64,000 nt of DNA from Octopus vulgaris. Its lineage: Eukaryota. The number at the start of each line of letters is the position of its first letter. Position 1 is the stretch's first letter. The notes beneath the pieces were generated by a model. It saw only the letters and a list, made by a program, of their open reading frames with translations, did no database searches and was not told the DNA's origin. The translations under genes were made by a program, and so were the position numbers. Shown here in pieces: positions 55,986 through 64,000 of this stretch. Where the stretch lies: the NCBI GenBank assembly GCA_951406725.2, contig OX597832.1, positions 10,354,001-10,418,000 of the forward strand, written 5' to 3'.

Positions 55986-56289
55986 GGAAAAGAATGAGAA
56001 AGAGTGAGATATGAGAGAGAGGGAGAGAAAGAGAGAGTGAAAGAGAGAGAGAGCAATAGACATACGAAAATGAATTATTCTCAATGCCATAAAGAAACAT
56101 TTAAATTTCTTTCTATAATGTTAAGAAATTTCAAATGTTTACCGGTTGTTTTCAATTTCATGTTAATAATATGAATCATTGAATTTGTCGGCTGGCATTT
56201 AACTCCAAATTGGCATTTCGGAGTTAAGACAAATGATGACAAGGAAGTATTATTCTTATCATAATAAGAATAATAATTTTATATATACA

Positions 56290-56603
56290 TAGCCCCGGGC
56301 CGACCAATGCCTTGTGAGTGGATTTGGTAGACGGAAACTGAAAGAAGCCTGTCGTATATATGTATATATATGTATGTTGTGTGTGTTTGTGTGTCTGTGT
56401 TTGTCCCCCTAGCATTGCTTGACAACCGATGCTGGTTTGTTTACGTCCCCGTCACATAGAGTTTCGGCAAAAGAGACTGATAGAATAAGTACTGGGCTTA
56501 CAAAGAATAAGTCCCGGGGTCGTTTTGCTCGACTAAGGGCGGTGCTCCAGCATGGCCGCAGTCAAATGACTGAAACAAGCAAAAGAGCAAAAGAGCAAAA
56601 GAG
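56290..56603 (+). mobile_element. SINE family A, 5'-truncated
   Basis: Highly similar to 38910-39213; tail (aaaagagc)n. Confidence 0.92.
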
Positions 56604-56867
56604 TATATATATAGATGTGTGTGTGTGTGTTTGTGTGTGTGTAAGTATATACAAGATGACAAGAAAGTATTAAGTATTAATATATGTATATATATATGAA
56701 ACACGATTAAAATAACGGTCGTTACATTTTTTATTCATTGGAAAAAATTTGGCTTACAGCTGTTTCCAGTAGTAGATATAAGTTTCGAAATGGCTCAGAC
56801 AAATGTAGTTTCCATAGGTCATTCAAATTTTCTCAGTAGAACAATATTTATTTATTTTGGGGGGCGC

Positions 56868-57125
56868 TAAACTTTAGTCAATATGTATTAAATTTTAAGA
56901 CAAGGAAATTAATGTCTCAAGTGCGTCATGTTCAACTGGCAGAATCGTTAGCATGTCGGGCATAATGGTTAGCAGCATTCTTTACGAGCTGCGTTCAAAT
57001 TTGACTTTGGTGTAATTAGTATTTCATCTTTTCCGTGTCAAGAAATGAAGGAGCAACTTAGACATTGTAATCGACTAAATCATACCACAATATTTGTGTC
57101 CTCGTAAGCTTATAGTAAAGGAATG

Positions 57126-57171
<46 letters not shown>

Positions 57172-57271
57172 TGTGTGTCCCTGGCATGCTAACGATTCTG
57201 CCAGTTGAACATGACGCACTTAAGACATTAATTTCCTTGGCTTATATTTTATACATATTGACTAAAGTTTA
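56868..57271. repeat. ~90-bp inverted duplication spanning a SINE-B 5' end and its flank
   Basis: taaactttagtcaatatgtat...caactggcagaatcgttagcatg (56868-56960) vs its reverse complement at 57179-57271. Confidence 0.9.
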
Positions 57272-57276
57272 CCCAA

Positions 57277-57307
<31 letters not shown>

Positions 57308-57713
57308 ATACTTTCACGAAAGATGGTTAAACTTACATCGGCCTAGACAAATTCAACACGCGGATGTGCAAGTGTTGACTAGATGCGGGAAAATTGATTT
57401 TGTCATAAGTGTGCATATTCATTGAGACCTGATATTTGGAAGCTGACAATATTAATATTAATCCTACTAGAAGCAAAAGTACTTCTCACCTGAAGATTTG
57501 AGTAGTGTCAGCCGCATACACTTTTTGCACGCTCAAATTATTGTGAAAAATCTCGCTTAACAGCATTTCACACGTAAGAAACCTTGCCGCACACGCCTGA
57601 CCGCATACCACTCATTTTCTCTCTCTTCCTTCCTCTCTCTCTCTCTCACTACAAATACATATACATATAAACATATGCATATATATATATATATACTTAC
57701 TTTACTTTACTAT

Positions 57714-57924
57714 ACTTTTACTTTTACTTGTTTCAGTCATTTTGACTGCGGCCATGCTGGAGCACCGCCTTTAGTCGAGCAAATCGAGCCCGGGACTTAT
57801 TCTTTTTTGTGAGCCCAGTACTTATTCTATCGGTCTCTTTTTGCCGAACCGCTAAGTGACGAGGACGTAAACACACCAGCATCGGTTGTCAAGCAATGCT
57901 AGGGGGACAAACACAGACACACAA

Positions 57925-57985
<61 letters not shown>

Positions 57986-58133
57986 CATACGACAGGCTTC
58001 TTTCAGTTTCCGTCTACCAAATCCACTCACAAGGCTTTGGTCGGCCCGAGGCTATAGTAGAATACATTTGGCCAAGATGCCACGGAACCATGTAGTTCAT
58101 AAGCAAGCTACTTACCACACAGCCACTCCTGCG

Positions 58134-58135
<2 letters not shown>
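57714..58135 (-). mobile_element. SINE family A, full length but B-box deleted
   Basis: Reverse complement of 38812-39213; lacks the cagtgggactgaacccg segment near 58083. Confidence 0.92.
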
Positions 58136-58181
<46 letters not shown>

Positions 58182-58197
58182 CATACATATAAGAGGG

Positions 58198-58339
58198 ATG
58201 ACTACTGCGTGGACATCCAATATGCTAGATGTAGAGCCCAAATAGTGTTCTCAAGAAAATGTTCTTGAAAACAATTTTTCTTATGGTCAGACCATATGGG
58301 GTCTACATCTAGCATATTGGATGTCCACTTAGTGGTCAT
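58198..58339. repeat. ~140-bp fold-back hairpin (MITE-like)
   Basis: gtggacatccaatatgctagatgtagagcccaaat pairs with atatggggtctacatctagcatattggatgtccac. Confidence 0.85.
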
Positions 58340-58460
58340 ACGTTTTATATGTATATGATATAATTTTTCTGAATCTTCAGATTTTTTCAATATGCTAGGC
58401 CGCTGGCTTACATTGATATTAACCTAATTAATATTCAGATTTTTTACCCTAATTATTTCA

Positions 58461-58562
<102 letters not shown>

Positions 58563-58717
58563 GTGTGTGTGCATAGGTATATGTATATATGTATGTATAC
58601 ATATATACATGATTTTGTGTGTACATATATGTCTGTGTGTGTGTGTGTGTGATTGTACGTAGTTATGTGATTGTGTCTGTGAACATATGTGTGCGCGCGT
58701 CTATGAAAACACAAATA

Positions 58718-59060
58718 GAGAAGGCACATGAATTCGTAGTTAGAACGTTGGGCTCGCAATCATGAAGAAGTGAGTTCGATTCTCGTACTAGTATGAGTGT
58801 TGTGTTCTTGAGTAAGTCACTTTATTTCACGTTGCTCCAGTCCACTCAGCTGTGGAAATGAACTGCGACGTCACTGGTTCCAAACTCTATCGGCCTTTAC
58901 TTTTTCTTTGAATAGCATTGTTGGCGTTGTGATGGGAGGCTGGTATGCATGGGCTATTGCTGGTCTTCCATAAACAACCTTGTCTGGATTGTGCCTCAGA
59001 GGGTGACTTTCTAGATGTAATCCCATGGTCATTCATGTCCGAAGGCGTTTCTATACCCCT
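58718..59060 (+). mobile_element. tRNA-derived SINE family C
   Basis: B-box gagttcgattc followed by gtgttcttgagtaagtcacttt...ttgctccagtccactcagctg, a central-domain-like SINE motif. Confidence 0.65.
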
Positions 59061-59689
59061 TGCTCTATTGAGTTTTATTTCAAGATTTCCTACCAATAGA
59101 GAAAGAGCCGGTTTTCAACCTAGATCGATTGAATGTCAACAATATCAACATTGTATATTTTTTATGTATATATATGTATAAATATGTATGCTTTGTTTTA
59201 TGCAAGTATTCTCATGTATATACTTGCATGTCTAGGTATGATCATGTATACTGAAATGATAAACATCTGGAAGGTTTTACTGATATTTACAATTCCAGTG
59301 AAGGCTTGAATCCGTAGTCTTCGATTCAGCTCTTGCTTTTGTGGTTTTGGGAAGCATAGTTTCTAAATATTGATATCCCAAATGAATCGTTGTGCTTGAT
59401 TTCACCATTGTTTGATTTCTGGTGTTGGTGTGCTTACATCCAGTAACTTAGCAGGTCAATAAAATTATACAATATAATAAAAACCAGGCTTACAAAATGT
59501 AAATACTGGGATCGAATTATTCAAGTTAAAAAGCCTTCAAGGTGGTGCCCCAGATATGTATTACATTTTGAAGCGGCTTTGTATTTATTATCTTTCTATT
59601 AACTCTGATTTTTTTGGTTTTGTTTCTGTTTATGATATATTCGTCAAATTTGTATCCATTTGTCCTTATATTTTCTGCTGATCTCACTC

Positions 59690-60545
59690 GATGAATTTGC
59701 CTCTGGGCCTCAATGACCTCCCTGTTGACCTCGACATCAGCCACTGAGTTGATCACTATCTTCTGCTTTAGGTCCCTGAATGTCCTAGTCATCTCGGTCC
59801 TCAACCCGTCCTTCATGATGCTGTCATACGTACGATTCAGTGCAGCTACTAGGTCAATCCTGGGTTTCACCACCTCGCTTGTTCAGAACACGATGTAGTG
59901 TCGGTGCTCAGCCTAGTGTTCTCGAGGTAGACATGGCGGTTTCATGACATCACCTTCGCTGCTGACGATACCGAACAACATGATTATCGCTGGAAATTTC
60001 CTTTAAATGACTTTGGTCGAGTCTTGGATGAGACAGCGAACCACATGTTGTTCTGGGAGTTGATCTTATCTTTGCTGATTTACCTCTTTTTGGATGAGAA
60101 CCACAGCATATCTGGCTCCAACTGGTGTTTCAACATTTTTATCAGCCTCTTGGTGTACTTGAGCGCCTATTCCTGCATTACCTTGGACAGAAATTTCCCT
60201 TCCTTAACTTGTGTGTAAAGTAGCGAATGTTTTCATACACCAACTGTGAGATAGTCTAGCGTGTAACATCAACCATTCAGTCGTTGCGATGATCGTTGAT
60301 GAACTTCTAGATTTCAGCAACGAATTTTAAACTTCTCATGGCATCAGATTTTCGATTATGGGTTTTCTTCTCTGCTGTCACCTCGTAGGCGAATCCTGAA
60401 TCTTCAAAATCCTCTCTAACCTTTTCTATCATTTATCTGATGACGTTCAGTAGGTCTAAACTCTCATTGTTTGTCCTCCCGCAATGGATTCCAAAGAGGA
60501 TACCGTGCCTTTTCCGCGAAGTAAGGCTTCCAATTGGTTGGGATC
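59690..60545 (-). mobile_element. Tc1/mariner maT (DD37D-like) transposase remnant, internally deleted
   Basis: KRHGILFGI...HNRKSDAMRSLKFV...NSQNNMW...KFPAIIMLFGIVSSEGDVM...VVKPRIDLVAA joined to a KDGLRTEM..F..L C-terminus. Confidence 0.8.
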
Positions 60546-61719
60546 AAAATTTTCGATAGCCACTTATTCACACAACCAAAAACAAAAGCAAAAGTGGGTA
60601 AACAATAAAGTAAAACAAAATATGTATAAAATTAGCGGTTTAAAATTGCAAACGAATATTATCGGAAACCTATATGAATATGTGATATTTGAAGCCCACA
60701 CTTTCTAATTTCATATATTTTTGCAATGCATATTTTAGAAAAAGACGGGTGTGTGCTACTGCAGAATAAGACATAGCTGTATACAGCAAATGCAGATGAA
60801 TGCCTATTACTTTGTCACACTGCCTCGAGTTAACTGAAGATTATTTAATCGAGCATTCAGCCTGCGGACTATCGTTTCTCTCCTATAATACATTTTACCA
60901 TATTCGAGCTTCGAACGACAAATTTATTTGTGCATTAACAAAAGTACGCTTACCAAAAGAACATACATATTCCTCTCTATCTGAAGGCTTTCAATCAAAT
61001 GTCTATAGCAGTAATCCCGGAGTGGTGTTTTGTTATATTATATGTGCTCCTCAGTAAATGGAAAAACAGGAGTTAGATTTATTTTTTAGAATTATATTTA
61101 TTTAAGCATTTGTGCTGCATTAATATCACGTGCTCACAAACTTTAGAAATGCTTATTGTAAATTCATCGCATGGTCGCAGTTATGGTTTTATGGTGAAAA
61201 AATTCGCGCGCATTGAAAATTTATCATGTTCTTAACGAAAATACTTGATAAAGACTAAGAGTAAAAGTTGCCTAATATATGATATATGCCTTTGTGCATG
61301 TTTAAGCATATGTGTATATAGAGATTGATACAGAATTAGATAAATAGATAAATATACGTACGCACATGCACATAGAGACAACCATATAATTAGACTCCCT
61401 ACACGCACAGTAGACCCATATACATACTCTATATACGAACATTGTATTAGTATATATCATTACGTATGTCTGGTAAATTATGTATATGTGTATATATTTA
61501 ATTGAGTTGTAATTGGGATGTAAATCGCAGCGAGTATACTTGTTGCCGATGGCGATATCATTGCCCAAGTTTTACATAAATGTATAAATACGAATAAATA
61601 TTTGTATGTATAGTGACAGATATTTAATTGTGCATTTGTGACCCTTGCCTACTTCAGCAATTGAAGATATTACCTACATCTAAGTTATGTAAAGTATTTC
61701 AATGCTTTTCTACTGTTTT

Positions 61720-61840
61720 ATTCTTTTATTCTTTTACTTGCTTCAGTCATTTAACTAAGGCCATGATGGGGTATTTCGTTTAGGCGATCAAATCGACCCC
61801 AGGACTTATACTTTATAAGCCTAGTACTTATTCTATCGAC
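61720..61840 (-). mobile_element. SINE family A 3' fragment
   Basis: cttttacttgcttcagtcat...aatcgaccccaggacttat...cctagtacttattctatcg. Confidence 0.8.
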
Positions 61841-63183
61841 CTGTTAAAAATAGAACAATGATATTTAAAATGAATGAAGCAAATAGATGAGGCACCAACT
61901 GGTTCTAAAATATTGTAAGGGAAATATATATTATTTAGGAAAGGGGCATAGTAGAATTTCTTTTACTCACAAAAAATGACGCTGCAATGAACCAGGCCAA
62001 AATGTTTACGACCGCTATTTCATTATCTTCGGTAACATCACAATGGAGATGTTAACATGCTTTTAAGTGTATATATAAAGCAATATATAATAGTATATTA
62101 CTGAAAGTAAACTTTATATTTATACCATAGTGGAATTCATGTTCATAGAAAAATTTGAAAGAACGTTAATCTATAAATATGTTACATATTTCCAATATAA
62201 ATCCTTAATAATATGATACTCTTAAAGGGAACATGAAGCATTAAACTATTCAAAGAAATGTTAAAATCTATTTAAACCTCTTTTACAAATCTCGATTGCA
62301 GCTGACTGAAGAAGCGCAGGAAAATTGGGCATATAAAGGAGAATTCGCAAAGCATTTGGCAAAAACCGAAGAAAACACAACTAAAATTCATTGAACGATG
62401 CAACACTTGGAAAGTAAAGTGTTATTATCATACAAGGCAGATCTGTTTTAAATAAAGTAGAAATAATCAAAATAAACGTCAAAAATCTGAAAGGAAAGCA
62501 ATTGGCATTAGCTGACCCAGCAATGAAATATTGATATGCTGATAACAATTAGACATGCCTGAAACAAAACATAACAATGGAACTCGATCGATGTATAATT
62601 AATAACGCTATAACGCCTTGTGGGAACCTAATTCTGTAATTGCTGAACTATTTACGAGTTTAAGGGGAAGGTGTTATTTTCTCATATATTTTATTTGTTT
62701 TGTTTTTATTCATTTTAACGATTTTCGTAATGAGATTATTATAGGCCATTATTTATATTTTATACGAATCCACCTCAAAAGAAATAAAGTCAAAATTAAG
62801 GTGTTAAGGTGTTCCCTCTACCACACCTGTTAGATAATAGCTAAAACAATAAAAATAATTAACAAAATTCTACTCATTTGCACTGAAAGAAATTGTACTC
62901 CACATAAAGTGGTTTTAATTCTTATGACCGAAACATGTTATATTTGGAATATTAATACGTTCAGGATAATTTTTAAGGGAAATCTCCGAATACACTACAT
63001 TAATAAAAGCAAATGTACCGCATCCGGTATCAGATTCAAGGTTTCCCTTTCAGTTTCACTGCGCGGTAAGTGGGGGAAGTGTTTAACTATATCCCCTGGA
63101 CGAGCAATGCGTTGTGAGGGAATTTGCTAAACAGAAACTGTGAGGAAGTGAATCGTATGTATACGTTTGCTTGAGTGTGTGTG

Positions 63184-63254
<71 letters not shown>

Positions 63255-63529
63255 GTTTATCTCTCATTGCCTTTTCACTAGCGGTGTTGGTTCTTTATGT
63301 CTTCATACGTTGGCGAAAAGGAGAGACAGAGGAACTTATGCATCACAAAAGAAGTACCGCATGTATTTTTCGAATTTAATCAATTAAAATTTGAAACAAT
63401 CATAGAAACACATAATGTTAAAAGTAAAATTGATCTTATATCATGTAATAGAGTTTGTTAAATATTTGTATTTCCAGCGACAATTTCTGTATTTCCTTAA
63501 TACAAAGGACAGCTATATGTATTGGTCAG

Positions 63530-63917
63530 GAAGTTTGTGGGAGGGGATAAGTCAATCACATCGACCCCAATGCACGATTGGTACTTATTTTCTGACGCAA
63601 AATATCGACTTTGGCGGAATTCGAACTCAGAGCATAAAGACGTTAGGAATACTGTTAAGCATTTAGCCTGGCGTGCTAACGATTCTGCCATTTTGCCGCC
63701 TTAAAATATATATACATAATGGATTCAGATTTAGGCTGAGGGCTAGCAACTTTGTGGGGAGGGATCAAATCGATTACATTGATACCAGTGTTTAGGTGGT
63801 TCCTTTTTTATCGACCCCGAAATGATGAATAGCAATGTCCATTGAAATTCAGCTCAGGATGTAAAGAATAGACGAAATCCCGCTAAGTCATATTGCCTGT
63901 GCTAACGATTCTACCAG
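63530..63917 (-). mobile_element. Two diverged SINE family B copies
   Basis: acatcgaccccaatgcacgattggtactt...ggcggaattcgaactcag...gctaacgattctgcca (63530-63700) and a second copy 63745-63917. Confidence 0.8.
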
Positions 63918-64000
63918 ATGTATAAATACCAATAACATATAGAGTTGAAATTGGTATCTTTCTCTGAGTAAAATTAATATAAAACTTCTTCGAAAATATC

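Overview
AT-rich, microsatellite-dense eukaryotic DNA with no bacterial-type genes. The tRNA-derived SINE families and decayed transposons resemble those I recall from Octopus (coleoid cephalopod) genomes; this is an inference, not checked. Almost all ORFs in the supplied track are microsatellite or repeat artefacts. The window is mostly decayed mobile elements: three SINE families, two non-autonomous Helitrons, Tc1, mariner and maT remnants, CR1/RTE/R4/L1-like LINE fragments, and several Penelope-like (PLE) remnants. One orphan exon-like segment lies at about 33.4-33.6 kb. The most striking signal is a set of minimal type-I hammerhead-ribozyme (HHR) motifs in PLE-derived terminal fragments, often beside (TA)n tracts. 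These include a ~320-bp palindrome (42221-42543) carrying two apparently intact, divergently oriented hammerheads. Fold-back inverted duplications also recur at retroelement ends. Family assignments rest on by-eye motif recognition, and boundaries of decayed elements are approximate.
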